64,000 bases of DNA from an uncultured Sphingomonas sp. (GCF_964250165.1 NZ_CAXUEK010000004.1:2660-66659), one strand, 5' to 3'. Shown: positions 28,941 through 39,549, numbered from the stretch's first letter. Numbers and translations are program-made. The notes: generated by a model not told the origin, from the sequence alone.

Positions 28941-30185
28941 ACCGGCCTGCTGGCGCTCGCCAGCTGCGCTTACCCCTATAATCCGCCGTCGCTGCCACCC
29001 GCCACCGCGCCGGTGACCCCGCTGACCGCCGAAGCGCCCGGCCAGCGCCCGCCCGTCACCATCCTCGTCTCGATCGACGGCTTCCGCCCCGATTACCTTC
29101 ACCGCGGCGACACGCCCAATCTCGACGCGCTGGCGCAGGCGGGCGTATCCGGCGCAATGCGGCCGTCCTTCCCGACGATCACCTTCCCGAACCACTATAC
29201 GCTCGTCACGGGCCTGCGCCCGGACCGCAACGGCATCGTCGAGAACACGATGCAGGACCCGCGCCGCCCCGGCGTGACGTTCGACATCCATGACGCCAAG
29301 CAGGTCGGCGACCGCTTCTGGTGGGACGCGGCGGAGCCGCTCTGGGTCACTGCCGAGCGCGCCGGCATCCGCACCGGCACGATGTTCTGGCCGGGCGCCG
29401 ACGCGCCGATCGGCGGTGTCCGGCCGAGCGTGTGGGTGCCCTACACCGCGGCGATCACCAGCCCGCAGCGTGTCCGCTTCGCGCTCGACTGGCTGCGCCG
29501 CCCGGCGGCCGACCGGCCCGCGTTCGAGACGCTCTATTTCGACGTGGTCGACAAGACGTCGCACAACCAGGGCTATGATTCGCCCGAGAAGCTCGCCGCG
29601 ATCCGCGAGGTGGACACCGCGATCGGCCAGCTCACCAACGGGCTGGTGGCGATGGGTATGGCGGCCAATATGGTGATCGTCGCCGATCACGGCATGGAGG
29701 GTGTGCCGCCCGACCACCAGCTCGATCCCCGCGCGATCCTGGACGATGCCACGCTGGCGCGCGCGCAGATCGGCGGACCGCTGCTCTATTTCTACCCTGT
29801 CGCGGGCCAGGACGCCGCGGTGGCGGTGCGCGTCGTCGGCCGTCACCCGCACAGCCGCTGCTGGCGCAAGGCGGACCTGCCGGCGCGCTTCCATTACGGC
29901 CGCAACCCGCGCGTGCCGCCGTTCGTCTGCCTCGCCGATGGCGGCTGGCGCTTTTCCACCGACGCGCCGCTCACCTATGTGAAGGGGGATCACGGCTTCG
30001 ATCCGGCGGACCCGGCGATGCGCGCGCTGTTCCTCGCGGTCGGGCCGGCCTTCGCGCCCGGCAGGCAGCTGGCCGATTTCGACAATGTCGACGTCTACCC
30101 GCTGGTGCGCGAGCTGATCGGCCTGCCGCCCGCGACCGGCATCGACGGCAGCGCCAAGCGCTTCGATCCGGTGCTGCGACGCTAG
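28881..30185 (+). CDS. Alkaline phosphatase superfamily ectonucleotide pyrophosphatase/phosphodiesterase, lipoprotein
   Basis: ILVSIDGFR.DY, P.FPTITFPNHYTLVTGL.P..NGIV.N, VADHGM, GDHGFDP; lipobox LASC; start 28881 or 28935. Confidence 0.9.
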   Translation: MMHEPSLPARLGSRLKAGMTTGLLALASCAYPYNPPSLPPATAPVTPLTAEAPGQRPPVTILVSIDGFRPDYLHRGDTPNLDALAQAGVSGAMRPSFPTITFPNHYTLVTGLRPDRNGIVENTMQDPRRPGVTFDIHDAKQVGDRFWWDAAEPLWVTAERAGIRTGTMFWPGADAPIGGVRPSVWVPYTAAITSPQRVRFALDWLRRPAADRPAFETLYFDVVDKTSHNQGYDSPEKLAAIREVDTAIGQLTNGLVAMGMAANMVIVADHGMEGVPPDHQLDPRAILDDATLARAQIGGPLLYFYPVAGQDAAVAVRVVGRHPHSRCWRKADLPARFHYGRNPRVPPFVCLADGGWRFSTDAPLTYVKGDHGFDPADPAMRALFLAVGPAFAPGRQLADFDNVDVYPLVRELIGLPPATGIDGSAKRFDPVLRR

Positions 30186-30187
30186 CG

Positions 30188-30649
30188 ATGCAGTATTTCG
30201 AGGATATCGCGGTCGGCGCCACGGCGCGCTTCGGCAGCTACGCGGTCACGCGCGAGGAGGCGACCGACTTCGCGCGCCGCTTCGATCCCCAGCCCTTCCA
30301 CCTGTCCGACGAAGCGGCGGCGCAGACCCATTTCGGCCGGCTCTCGGCGAGCGGCTGGCACACCTGCGCGATGACCATGGCGATGCTGGTCGAGAATCTG
30401 AAGGACCACCAGGAGGCCGGCCTGGGTTCGCCGGGGATCGACGCGCTGCGCTGGCTCAAGCCGGTCTATCCGGGCGACACGCTGCGGGTGGAATCGGAGG
30501 TGCTGGAGAAGCGCCGTTCCACCAGTCGGCCGGACATGGGCATCTACAAGAGCCGGGTCACCGTCTTCAATCAGGATGACGTGGCGGTGATGACGATGGT
30601 CAGCAACGGCCTGATCCGCACCCGCACGCCGGCGGAGCCCTCGGCCTAA
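30188..30649 (+). CDS. MaoC family dehydratase
   Basis: YFEDI.VG, FA.RFDPQPFHL.DEAA, ASGWHT, LRWLKPVYPGDTL. Confidence 0.92.
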   Translation: MQYFEDIAVGATARFGSYAVTREEATDFARRFDPQPFHLSDEAAAQTHFGRLSASGWHTCAMTMAMLVENLKDHQEAGLGSPGIDALRWLKPVYPGDTLRVESEVLEKRRSTSRPDMGIYKSRVTVFNQDDVAVMTMVSNGLIRTRTPAEPSA

Positions 30650-31215
30650 CGAGGCCCGCGTCCACCCCCGCTCCGTGCGCTGTCAGCGCGCCCCCCGCCG
30701 ACGAAGCCGGAGCGCGGCGTGCTCGCCCCGACCGCCTGATCCTGTTGGCGGACACTCTGCCGGTAAGCCTGCCGGGCCCCGCCCCGCTGCGCCCGGAACG
30801 CGCCGGCCTGCAGCGCCTGCCGGCCGCGGCTCACATCCTGCCGATCGCCCTGCCGCGCGTCGCGAACGCCTCCCCCGAACGCCCGCCAGTTATCGCGGCC
30901 CTGCGGGTTGCCGTAACCGCGCCGCGATTGCCAATAGCGCCGCTGGCCGTCGGTCCAGCGGTAGGGCCGCCGCTCGCGATCATAGACGTAGATGCCGACG
31001 CCGGGGTAATAGAAGTCGCCATACCAGCCGAAGCCGTAGCCGCCATAGCCATAGGGCTCGTAATAACCGGCAGGACCATAGCCACCGTACGCGCTCTCAT
31101 CGTAATAGCCGGCATAGCCGAGCCCGCCGCCATAGCCGTCGCGGTCCGCACAGCCGCCGAGCGCCAGTCCTGCCGCTCCCAGCGCGGCCGCCATCACGAT
31201 ATGCCGTACCATCAC
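30646..31215 (-). CDS. Tyr/Gly-rich then Arg/Gly-rich hypothetical lipoprotein
   Basis: Lipobox LGGC, YYD/GYGW/DFYYPG.G.YVYDR segment, low-complexity RG-rich tail. Confidence 0.75.
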   Translation of the reverse strand: MMVRHIVMAAALGAAGLALGGCADRDGYGGGLGYAGYYDESAYGGYGPAGYYEPYGYGGYGFGWYGDFYYPGVGIYVYDRERRPYRWTDGQRRYWQSRRGYGNPQGRDNWRAFGGGVRDARQGDRQDVSRGRQALQAGAFRAQRGGARQAYRQSVRQQDQAVGASTPRSGFVGGGRADSARSGGGRGPR

Positions 31216-31266
31216 GCTTCTCCCACGCGCTCAGGCGATGGCCGGGACCATCGCCAGCATCTCGGA

Positions 31267-31292
31267 AACGGGCGATGTCCCCGATCCGTTCC
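31267..31292 (-). promoter_or_regulatory. EcfG/SigT-type general stress response promoter
   Basis: Minus strand GGAAC-N17-CGTT about 50 bp upstream of the lipoprotein ATG at 31215. Confidence 0.6.
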
Positions 31293-31298
31293 GAAAGG

Positions 31299-31829
31299 TT
31301 AATGGCCGGGAAAGCTGACCAGCGCGTCGACCGCGATCCCGTCGGCGCGGAGCGCGTCGGCGCCGCCCAGATCGGGCAGGTCGATCAGGAACTGCGCCTG
31401 GCTGACGGCCGCGCCCGCGCGGCGCAGCAGGCGGACGGCGGCGCGGGCGGTGCCGCCGGTCGCGATCAGGTCGTCGATCAGCACGACGCGCGCGCCCGGC
31501 GTGCAGGCGTCGGCATGCATGGCGATGCGATCCTGCCCATATTCCAGCGCATAATCCTCGGCGATGGTCGCGCCCGGCAGCTTGCCGTCCTTGCGGATGA
31601 GCAGCACCCCGGCCCCGAGCGGCACCGCGACGGCGGCGGCGAACAGGAAGCCGCGCGCCTCGATCCCGGCGACGAGATCCACCGGCCCCGATACCGCCGC
31701 GACCATCCGCGCCACTACCGCCGCCAACCCCGCGGGATCCAACAGCAGCGTGGTCACGTCGCGGAATTGGATGCCGGGCTTGGGAAAGTCCGGGATGGTG
31801 CGGATCAGCGCCTTGATGTCGTCGTTCAT
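31299..31829 (-). CDS. apt: Adenine phosphoribosyltransferase
   Basis: IRTIPDFPKPGIQFRDVTTLL, GIEARGF, RKDGKLPG, DDLIATGGTA. Confidence 0.97.
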   Translation of the reverse strand: MNDDIKALIRTIPDFPKPGIQFRDVTTLLLDPAGLAAVVARMVAAVSGPVDLVAGIEARGFLFAAAVAVPLGAGVLLIRKDGKLPGATIAEDYALEYGQDRIAMHADACTPGARVVLIDDLIATGGTARAAVRLLRRAGAAVSQAQFLIDLPDLGGADALRADGIAVDALVSFPGH

Positions 31830-31936
31830 CACGCCTTCCATCTCAACGCCACGCCGTCAGACGTGGCCGGCTGCGCCGACCACGCTGCCCGCCGCGGCGA
31901 GTCCTGCTCGTGCTTGCGCACGCGCAGGCCGCCCGC

Positions 31937-32800
31937 TCAATGCTTCACGTCGCGCCACACGTTCTGGTACGAGCCCCAGGCCAGGAACACGAAAATCAGC
32001 GCGAAGATCACCGCCGCCAGGCCGGCGGCGTGCCGGGTCTCCAGGCGCGGCTCGGCCGTCCAGGTCAGGAAGGCGGCGACGTCCCTGGCCATCTGGTCCA
32101 CCGTCGGCTTGGTGCCGTCGGCATATTGGACCTGCCCTTCCTGCTTGAGCGGCGGCGGCATCGCGATGTTCAGATTGGCGAAGTACTTGTTGTAGTAGCG
32201 GCCCTTGGGCGTCGCCGCGTCCGGGAACTCCTTCACCAGCGCCGCGGGCTGCGGCACATAGCCGTGACCGACCAGCGAGTAGATGTAGTTCGCGCCGTCT
32301 TCGCGCGCCTTCACCATATCGGACAGGTCCGGCGGGATGGCGCCCCCGTTCGCCGCGCGCGCGGCAGTATCGTTGGCGAAGATCAGCGGGAAGTGATCGG
32401 ACGGCACGCCCTTGCGCGTGGTCGCCTCGCCGGTGTCGGCATTCACGCTCGGGATCTGGTCCCACGCCGCCGCCAGCGTCTTCACCTGGCCGACGCTGTA
32501 GCCGAACTGCGCGAGATCGCGGAACGCGACGAGCCGGATCGAGTGACAGGCCGAGCAGACCTCCTTGTAGACCTGGTAGCCGCGCTGCAGCTGGCGCTTG
32601 TCGAAGCGACCGACCACGCCGGCGGACGGCAGCCCCGCGTCGAGCACGCGCCCGCCATTCTCCTTGTTTTCCGCCAGGACCCGTTCCGCGGCAGTCTCCG
32701 CCGGCGGGTTCCTGATCCAATCGGATAACGTCGAGAACAGCCCGATCAGCAGCGCGGCGACAAAGCCGAGCCCCACCAAGCTGCCGATCCAACGAACCAT
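31937..32800 (-). CDS. petC: Cytochrome c1 of the bc1 complex
   Basis: LQRGYQVYKEVCSACH heme motif, PPDLS, IAMPPP, C-terminal TM anchor. Confidence 0.96.
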   Translation of the reverse strand: MVRWIGSLVGLGFVAALLIGLFSTLSDWIRNPPAETAAERVLAENKENGGRVLDAGLPSAGVVGRFDKRQLQRGYQVYKEVCSACHSIRLVAFRDLAQFGYSVGQVKTLAAAWDQIPSVNADTGEATTRKGVPSDHFPLIFANDTAARAANGGAIPPDLSDMVKAREDGANYIYSLVGHGYVPQPAALVKEFPDAATPKGRYYNKYFANLNIAMPPPLKQEGQVQYADGTKPTVDQMARDVAAFLTWTAEPRLETRHAAGLAAVIFALIFVFLAWGSYQNVWRDVKH

Positions 32801-32829
32801 GTCTGTTCAAACCCCTTTGGTGGATCGGC

Positions 32830-34122
32830 TCAGGCGAGCGCGAGCGCCGTCTGAGCCGGGCTGGTGCCGCCATGCTTGGCCAGCACCGCTTCCGTGATCG
32901 AGTTCGGCAGCACCCGCGGACGCTCCATCGCGGAGAGCAGCGGCAGGACGATCAGGAAATGCGCGAAATAATAGGCGGCGGTGATTTGCCCTAGCGTGAG
33001 GAAGGCGGGCGACGCCTCCGATCCGCCGACCCAGCCGAGCAGCAGCACGTCCACCACCAGCACCCAGAACGCGATCCGCGCCTTGGGCCGGAAATTGTTC
33101 GAACGGATCGGCGACGGATCGAGCCAGGGCAGGAAGAACAGCAGCAGGATCGAGCCGAACATGGCCATCACGCCCCACAGCTTCGCCGGGATCCAGAGAA
33201 AGTTGACCGTGAACGAGCGCAGGATGGCGTAGAACGGCCAGAAATACCATTCCGGCACGATGTGCGCGGGCGTCGAGAGCCGGTTGGCCGGGATGTAATT
33301 GTCCGGATGCCCCAGATAATTGGGCGCGAAGAACAGGAGCGCGGCGAAGATCGCGAAGAACACGCCCAGCCCGACCGCGTCCTTGGCCGTGTAATAGGGG
33401 TGGAACGGCACCGTGTCCTGCTCGCCCTTCACGTCGACCCCGGTGGGATTGTTCGAGCCCGGGATGTGCAGCGCCCAGATGTGCAGGATGATGACCCCCG
33501 CCGTCACGAACGGCAGCAGGTAATGCAGCGAGAAGAAGCGGTTGAGCGCGGCGTTGTCGGGCGAGTAGCCGCCGAGCAGCCAGATGCGGATGCTCTCCCC
33601 CACCAGCGGGATGGCGGAGAAGAAGCCGGTGATGACCTGCGCGCCCCAGAAGCTCATCTGCCCCCACGGCAGGACATAGCCCATGAAGGCCGTCGCCATC
33701 AGCAGCAGGAAGATCGTGACGCCCAGCAGCCACACCATCTCGCGCGGCGCCTTGTACGAGCCGTAGTACAGCCCGCGGAAGATGTGGATGTAGACCACCG
33801 CCATGAACATCGACGCGCCGTTGGCGTGGGCATAGCGCAGGAACCAGCCCGCGTTCACGTCGCGCATGATCGCCTCGACGCTGTCGAAGGCGACCGCGCC
33901 GTTGGCGGCGTAGTGCATGGCCAACACGATGCCGGTGACGATCTGGATGCCCAGCGCCGCCCCCGCCAGCACGCCGAAGTTCCAGAAATAGTTGAGGTTG
34001 CGCGGCACCGGATAGCCCGCGCCGACGGCGTTGTAGACGAGGCGCGGCAGCGGCAGCTTCTCGTCCAGCCAGCGCATCAGCGGCTGCTTCGGTTCATAAT
34101 GCTTGGCCCAGGGAAAGCTCAT
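32830..34122 (-). CDS. petB: Cytochrome b of the bc1 complex
   Basis: [40 protein letters not shown]. Confidence 0.98.
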   Translation of the reverse strand: MSFPWAKHYEPKQPLMRWLDEKLPLPRLVYNAVGAGYPVPRNLNYFWNFGVLAGAALGIQIVTGIVLAMHYAANGAVAFDSVEAIMRDVNAGWFLRYAHANGASMFMAVVYIHIFRGLYYGSYKAPREMVWLLGVTIFLLLMATAFMGYVLPWGQMSFWGAQVITGFFSAIPLVGESIRIWLLGGYSPDNAALNRFFSLHYLLPFVTAGVIILHIWALHIPGSNNPTGVDVKGEQDTVPFHPYYTAKDAVGLGVFFAIFAALLFFAPNYLGHPDNYIPANRLSTPAHIVPEWYFWPFYAILRSFTVNFLWIPAKLWGVMAMFGSILLLFFLPWLDPSPIRSNNFRPKARIAFWVLVVDVLLLGWVGGSEASPAFLTLGQITAAYYFAHFLIVLPLLSAMERPRVLPNSITEAVLAKHGGTSPAQTALALA

Positions 34123-34135
34123 GCGTCTGTCTCGC

Positions 34136-34720
34136 TCAACCGACCGTCACGGCGGTGTCGGATGTGAAATTATACGGGGGAACCTCGAGATTCCGCGGGG
34201 CCGGGCCTTTGCGGATGCGCGCGGCGGTGTCGTATTGCGAACCGTGGCACGGGCAGAAATAGCCGCCGAACTCGCCGCGGTTCTCGCCCTCGGCCGCCCC
34301 GAGCGGGATACAGCCCAGATGGGTGCACACGCCCATGGTGATCAGCCAGTTCTTCTTGCCGGCCTTGGTTCGCGCTTCCAGCGTCTGCGGGTCGCGCAGG
34401 TCGCCGATCGCCACCGCGTCGGCGGCCTTGATCTCGGCCGGCGTCAGATTGCGGACGAACAGCGGCTGCTTGCGAAACGAGGTCTTGATCGCCTGGCCCG
34501 GCGCAATCTTGCTGAGATCGACCTCCGTGGTCGAATCCGCCAGCACGTCCGCGGACGGGTTCATCTGGTTGACCAGCGGCAGCACGATCGCCACCCCGCC
34601 CGCGCCGGCGAAGGCGATCGCGGCGATGTTCAGGAAGTCGCGGCGGCGGGGATCATGCACCTCCTCCGTCAGCAGCGCCGGGTCTTCGCCGGGAGGAAGC
34701 TGATCGTTCACGGTCGCCAT
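34136..34720 (-). CDS. petA: Ubiquinol-cytochrome c reductase Rieske Fe-S subunit
   Basis: Tat-like [13 protein letters not shown] and CPCHGS boxes, GPAPRNL. Confidence 0.97.
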   Translation of the reverse strand: MATVNDQLPPGEDPALLTEEVHDPRRRDFLNIAAIAFAGAGGVAIVLPLVNQMNPSADVLADSTTEVDLSKIAPGQAIKTSFRKQPLFVRNLTPAEIKAADAVAIGDLRDPQTLEARTKAGKKNWLITMGVCTHLGCIPLGAAEGENRGEFGGYFCPCHGSQYDTAARIRKGPAPRNLEVPPYNFTSDTAVTVG

Positions 34721-34864
34721 TCGCGTCGAAACCTCTGATCCATCCTGGGGCGCACGCCCTGCCGCTTCCCGCGCAAAATGCGGGCGTGGGGCTGCCATAA
34801 ACGCCCCCTCGCCGCTTTGCCAACTCCCTTTTACCCAATGGGCGACCGGGTTTACACAACGGCG

Positions 34865-35314
34865 GTGCGTCTCGCCCTCCACCAGCCCGACATCGCCGGC
34901 AATGTCGGCGCGATCCTCCGGCTGGCGGCGTGCCTGGGCGTCGGCGTCGACCTGATCGAACCGATGGGCTTCGCCTGGAGCGATCGGGCGCTCCGCCGCG
35001 CGGGCATGGATTACGCCGACGCCGTCGCGGTAAACCGGCATGCGGACTGGGCCGCCTTCGCCGAGCAGGTCGCGGGCCGCGTCGTGCTCCTCACCACCGC
35101 CGGCGCCGAGCCGCTGCCGGCGGCGCGCTTCCGCACCGACGACGTGCTGCTGCTCGGCTCGGAAGGGGCCGGCGTGCCCGCGGCCGTGCACGCCCGCGCC
35201 GATCTGCGCGTGCGCATTCCGATGCGGCCGGGGCTGCGTTCGCTCAACGTCGCGCTCGCGGCGGCGCTCGCGCTGGGCGAGGCGCTGCGCCAGACGCATG
35301 GCTGGCCAGAGTGA
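34865..35314 (+). CDS. trmL: tRNA (cytidine(34)-2'-O)-methyltransferase
   Basis: [32 protein letters not shown] motifs. Confidence 0.92.
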   Translation: MRLALHQPDIAGNVGAILRLAACLGVGVDLIEPMGFAWSDRALRRAGMDYADAVAVNRHADWAAFAEQVAGRVVLLTTAGAEPLPAARFRTDDVLLLGSEGAGVPAAVHARADLRVRIPMRPGLRSLNVALAAALALGEALRQTHGWPE

Positions 35315-35358
35315 AACGCCGCCTGGCAAGCCGGGCGAGGATTGCTATGGGCCCGGTC

Positions 35359-36216
35359 ATGCCGCCGCTCGACGCTCAGCAAGCCGCCGCCCGCGTCGCG
35401 TTTGAGGGTCTGCGCGACCGCATCTGCGCCGCCTTCGAAGCGATCGAGCGCGAGGCGGCGTCCGGGGCGACCTTCGAATACATTCCCTGGGATCGCACCG
35501 ACCCGTCCGGCGTGCCCGGCGGCGCCAAGGAAAATGGCGGCGGCGTGCGCGGGGTGATGAAGGGCCGCGTGTTCGAGAAGGTGGGCGTCAACGTCTCCAC
35601 CGTCGGCGGCACCTTCGAGGGCGAGTTCGGCAGGACCATCCACGGCGCCGGCGACGACCCGCGCTTCTTCGCGACCGGTATCAGCCTGGTCGCGCACATG
35701 GCGAACCCGCACGTGCCCGCAGTCCACATGAACCTGCGCTTCCTGCGCACCACCAAGCAATGGTTCGGCGGCGGCGCCGACCTGAACCCGCCACTGCCGA
35801 TCGCGGCCGACACCGCCGACTTTCACGCGGCGCTGCAGGCGGCGTGCGACCGACATGACCCCGGCTATTATCCCCGCTTCCGGCAATGGGCGGACGAGTA
35901 TTTCTACATCCCCCACCGGCAGGTGCATCGCGGGGTCGGCGGTATCTTCTACGATCACCTGGAGGTCCCGTTCGACGCCGGTCTCGCTTTGGCTCAGGAC
36001 GTGGGTCAAGCCTTTCTGGAGAGTTATCCGGCGATCGTGCGGCGTCGCATGAACACGCCGTTCACCGACGTCGAGGTGGCGGCGCAGCGGACGTGGCGGG
36101 GCCGCTATGCCGAGTTCAACCTGGTCTACGACCGCGGCACGCTGTTCGGGCTCAAGACCGGCGGCAACATCGACGCGATCCTGATGAGCCTGCCGCCGGT
36201 CGCGACATGGTCGTGA
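35359..36216 (+). CDS. hemF: Oxygen-dependent coproporphyrinogen III oxidase
   Basis: FEKVGVNVS, NPHVP.VHMN.RF, WFGGG.DL.P, RGVGGIFYD, RGRYAEFNLVYDRGT.FGL. Confidence 0.97.
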   Translation: MPPLDAQQAAARVAFEGLRDRICAAFEAIEREAASGATFEYIPWDRTDPSGVPGGAKENGGGVRGVMKGRVFEKVGVNVSTVGGTFEGEFGRTIHGAGDDPRFFATGISLVAHMANPHVPAVHMNLRFLRTTKQWFGGGADLNPPLPIAADTADFHAALQAACDRHDPGYYPRFRQWADEYFYIPHRQVHRGVGGIFYDHLEVPFDAGLALAQDVGQAFLESYPAIVRRRMNTPFTDVEVAAQRTWRGRYAEFNLVYDRGTLFGLKTGGNIDAILMSLPPVATWS

Positions 36217-36238
36217 GGCGTCGGGGGGAGGCTTCCGC

Positions 36239-36832
36239 ATGGGCCTGACGCCGGTCCCGCCGGAGCAGCTGGCGACGATCGTCACCACGCTGGAGATGCG
36301 CGAACGACCCAGGCCGCGGCCGCTGCCCGACGCGCCGCTGCGGCTGGTACGGTGGCCCGCGCCCGCGCCCGACGCTTACCGGGCGCTGTTCCGGCGTGTG
36401 GGCGCGCGCTGGCTGTGGTTCTCGCGGCTCGTGATGGACGACGCGCAACTGTTGGCGATCATTCGTGATTCTTCCGTAGAGGTCTACGCCGCGGTCGATC
36501 GCGCCGGGATCGAGGTCGGCATGCTGGAGCTAGACATCCGCGTCGCCGGCGCCTGCGAGATCAGCTATTTCGCGCTCGCGCCCGAGCTGGCGGGGCGCGG
36601 GCTGGGCCGCTGGCTGATGGCGGAGGCGCTGGCGCGCGCGTGGCGGCCGGGCGTCACGCGGGTGTGGCTGCACACCTGCACGCTCGATCACCCTTCCGCG
36701 CTCGGCTTCTACCGCGCGCAGGGCTTCACGCCGATCGCCCGCACGATCGAGACGTTCGCCGACCCGCGCGCGCTGGGCGTGCTGCCCGAAGACTGCGCGC
36801 CCCAGGTTCCCTACCTGACCAGCCGCCGATAG
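36239..36832 (+). CDS. GNAT family N-acetyltransferase
   Basis: EISYFAL.PE..GRGLGR.LM, RVWLHTCTLDHP.AL.FY. Confidence 0.9.
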   Translation: MGLTPVPPEQLATIVTTLEMRERPRPRPLPDAPLRLVRWPAPAPDAYRALFRRVGARWLWFSRLVMDDAQLLAIIRDSSVEVYAAVDRAGIEVGMLELDIRVAGACEISYFALAPELAGRGLGRWLMAEALARAWRPGVTRVWLHTCTLDHPSALGFYRAQGFTPIARTIETFADPRALGVLPEDCAPQVPYLTSRR

Positions 36833-37539
36833 GCCGACACCGCCAGCAGCGCCGAGGCGAGCGCGGTCGCCGCCGACACCGCCGCCGCGCCCGCATCGAC
36901 CATGGCGATGGCGATCGGATTGCCCCCGTCGCCTTGCGCGCGCAGCCATCCTTCGAGCAGCAGCAGCGGCTCGGCGGCGAGCCAGCCGATCCCCAGCACC
37001 GCCGCCGTCACCACGGCCAGCGCGCCGCCCGAGCCGCGCGTCAGCCGGAAGGCGCGTGCGACCGCGGCGATGGCGGACAGCCGCGGCTCGGCCGCCAGCG
37101 CCGGCCCGGCAGGCAGCAGCCGCCCGAGGACATAGATGCCCGGCAGCACCCAGAGCAGCAGGCCCGCCCCCGCCATCAGCGCCACCAGGCCGCTCGCCAG
37201 CAACAGGCGCGGCCACAGCGCCGCGCCGCGCCGCAGCGCGGTCGCCACGCTGGGTCGGGTCTCGTCGAGGTAGAGCCGGTAGACGGTTGCCGAGCCCCAC
37301 AAGCCGAGCCCGAAGGCGAGCAGATACCAGGGCGCCTGCGCGGTCAGCCATTGCGCCAGCACCTGCGCGCGCGCGGGCATGTCGGCGGTCGGCGGCAGCT
37401 TCGGCGGCGCGGGCAGCAGCAAACCCAGCGCATAGGCCGGCAGGAACCAGAACGGCCCCGCCACCGCAAGCAGGAGCGCGCGGTCGCGGCGGGCCAGGGC
37501 CGCCGCGTCCGCCACCACACCGGCGGCCGTCACCCTCAT
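36811..37539 (-). CDS. Multi-pass membrane protein (paralog of the upstream gene)
   Basis: About six hydrophobic segments; ..AVARAFRLTRG motif parallels [11 protein letters not shown] in 37536-38366; ATGA coupling. Confidence 0.8.
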   Translation of the reverse strand: MRVTAAGVVADAAALARRDRALLLAVAGPFWFLPAYALGLLLPAPPKLPPTADMPARAQVLAQWLTAQAPWYLLAFGLGLWGSATVYRLYLDETRPSVATALRRGAALWPRLLLASGLVALMAGAGLLLWVLPGIYVLGRLLPAGPALAAEPRLSAIAAVARAFRLTRGSGGALAVVTAAVLGIGWLAAEPLLLLEGWLRAQGDGGNPIAIAMVDAGAAAVSAATALASALLAVSAYRRLVR

Positions 37540-38366
37540 GCCGGGACCGGCGCGCTCCCGCCGCCCGTCACCGCCGCATACAGCCGCGCCGCGAACACCT
37601 GCACGACCGAGGTGAACGCCGCCGTCACCAGCGCGGCCGCGATCGCCGCCATGAACTGCGCGGTGGCGATGTTCTCGGGCCCCAGCACCAGCCGGAACAC
37701 GATCCCGACCACCGATTGTGCGGCCAGCAGCGAGACCGTGAACACCACGAAGAACAGCAGCGCGACGCCGATCAGCTTCCACGTCAGCCCGCGGGTCAGT
37801 TCGAACGAGCGGCGCAGCGCGCCCAGCGCGCGATGCTCGTTCAGGATGACGGCGTTGACCAGGAACAGCCGCGCGCTGATCCACAGGCCCAGCCCGATCA
37901 GGACCAGCGAATAGAGCGCCAGGAAGCCGAACGCGCCGGGCGCGATCGACGGCATCGTACCCGTTCCCTTGTAAGCGGCCGCGGCGGTGAAATCGTAATG
38001 GGTGGCGATCAGCGTCGCGACCACCGGCAGCGCCAGCAGCACGCCCAGCCCGAACAGGACAAGCAGCACGAGGAGGTTGGCCGGCAGCCGGCGCAGCGCG
38101 AGCCGCCCGGCCTCGGCGCGGTCCGTCGCCGGATGGCTGGCCACCGCGATGATCGCGAGCTGCGCCCAGAGGTTCGCCAGCAGCCCCGCCAGTCCGATCA
38201 GCGCGACGAGCGCCGCGGCGCCCGGGCCTGGCGCGCCGTAGAGCCGGATGGCGTTCTGCACCGCGGACGGCAGCACGAACGCCACCAGCGCCAGCGGCGC
38301 GATCACGCCCGCCCTGCCCGCCAGCACATCCGTCGTGCTGTCCCAGACGTCGCCGATCCTCGCCAT
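37536..38366 (-). CDS. Multi-pass membrane protein (YciC/GDPD-membrane-domain-like)
   Basis: About six TM helices; [10 protein letters not shown] and [14 protein letters not shown] motifs. Confidence 0.8.
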   Translation of the reverse strand: MARIGDVWDSTTDVLAGRAGVIAPLALVAFVLPSAVQNAIRLYGAPGPGAAALVALIGLAGLLANLWAQLAIIAVASHPATDRAEAGRLALRRLPANLLVLLVLFGLGVLLALPVVATLIATHYDFTAAAAYKGTGTMPSIAPGAFGFLALYSLVLIGLGLWISARLFLVNAVILNEHRALGALRRSFELTRGLTWKLIGVALLFFVVFTVSLLAAQSVVGIVFRLVLGPENIATAQFMAAIAAALVTAAFTSVVQVFAARLYAAVTGGGSAPVPA

Positions 38367-38455
38367 GTCGCCCTCCCGCTACGCGCCGCCGTGTAGGCGG
38401 CACGGGCGCGGCGGGCAACCTTGCGCCGACGCCCACCCCGCCGCACATCCCGGGC

Positions 38456-39118
38456 GTGGAGCCGCTTCCCCTGCCCGAATGGCGCGTCAGCCCCGGCCTG
38501 TCGCCCTATGCCGAAACGCTGGCGGCGATGGAGGCGCGCGCCGCCGCCGTCGCGGCCGGTGCGGCGGGCGAGCTGATCTGGCTGCTGGAGCACCCGCCGG
38601 TCTATACCGCCGGCACCAGCGCCGCAGCGTCGGAACTGATCGATCCGCGCTTTCCGGTGGTCGCGGCGGGGCGCGGCGGCCGCTATACCTATCACGGCCC
38701 CGGCCAGCGGATCGGCTATCCGGTGCTCGATCTCAACCGGCGCGGGCGCGACGTCCGCTGCTACGTCCATGCGCTGGAGGGCTGGGTGATCGCCGCGCTC
38801 GCCCGGCTCGACGTCGCCGCGTTCCGCGCGCCCGGCCGGGTGGGGATCTGGACGCTCGACCGGGGCCGCGAGGCGAAGATCGGCGCGATCGGCGTGCGGG
38901 TCAGGCGCTGGGTCACCCTGCACGGCTTCGCGGTCAACATCGCGCCCGATCTCACGCATTTCGAAGGAATCGTGCCGTGTGGGCTGGCGGAATACCCCGT
39001 GACGAGCCTCGCCGCCCTGGGCCGCCAGGGCGATCTTGCAACTTTTGACGCGGCGCTGGCGTTCACCGCGGCCGAGTTCCTGCAAACTCTTTCTTGTCCG
39101 CACAAAATCGAGGCTTGA
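38456..39118 (+). CDS. lipB: Lipoyl(octanoyl) transferase LipB
   Basis: [47 protein letters not shown]. Confidence 0.97.
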   Translation: MEPLPLPEWRVSPGLSPYAETLAAMEARAAAVAAGAAGELIWLLEHPPVYTAGTSAAASELIDPRFPVVAAGRGGRYTYHGPGQRIGYPVLDLNRRGRDVRCYVHALEGWVIAALARLDVAAFRAPGRVGIWTLDRGREAKIGAIGVRVRRWVTLHGFAVNIAPDLTHFEGIVPCGLAEYPVTSLAALGRQGDLATFDAALAFTAAEFLQTLSCPHKIEA

Positions 39119-39143
39119 GGGACTTGCGCGTAGCAGTTAATAC
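39115..39143 (+). promoter_or_regulatory. Sigma70-type promoter for the small lipoprotein gene
   Basis: TTGAGG-N17-TAATAC followed by an AT-rich leader with AGGGAG RBS. Confidence 0.55.
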
Positions 39144-39209
39144 CCACGGCGATTTGGGAGTTTCGAGCAGCCAAGCCGGTCCAAATCCTTTATCATTAGG
39201 GAGCTTCAT

Positions 39210-39488
39210 ATGCGTGCACTCATTTCCAAGGTCCTGACCGGCTCGGTCCTCGTCGGCGCGGCACTGGCCGTCTCGGCCTGTGGCCCCAAGGCCGACACCA
39301 CCACGACCGACAACACCATGGTCACCGACATGAACGCCACTGGCGACACCGACACGATGGCCACGGACAACATGACCTCCGTCGACAGCGGCGCCAACAC
39401 GGGGGCAATGGCCAACGACACGGCGATGTCGAACGACACGATGTCGGCCAACGACACGATGTCGGCGAACACCACCGGCAACATGTAA
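39210..39488 (+). CDS. Small Thr/Asp/Asn/Met-rich repetitive lipoprotein (92 aa)
   Basis: Lipobox VSAC; tandem DN.M/NDTMSA units (15-18 bp repeats); strong RBS and terminator. Confidence 0.88.
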   Translation: MRALISKVLTGSVLVGAALAVSACGPKADTTTTDNTMVTDMNATGDTDTMATDNMTSVDSGANTGAMANDTAMSNDTMSANDTMSANTTGNM

Positions 39489-39517
39489 TCTCGTTCGCTA
39501 GGCGAGCGTGCGATGCG

Positions 39518-39549
39518 GGGCCGTCCGGGATGCCGGGCGGCCCTTTCTC
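39518..39549 (+). terminator. Intrinsic terminator
   Basis: GGGCCGTCCGG-GATG-CCGGGCGGCCC stem followed by TTTCTC. Confidence 0.65.

Noticed and set aside
39240-39488. Tandem repeats as a CRISPR or VNTR element
   Set aside because: They are in-frame coding repeats of a lipoprotein
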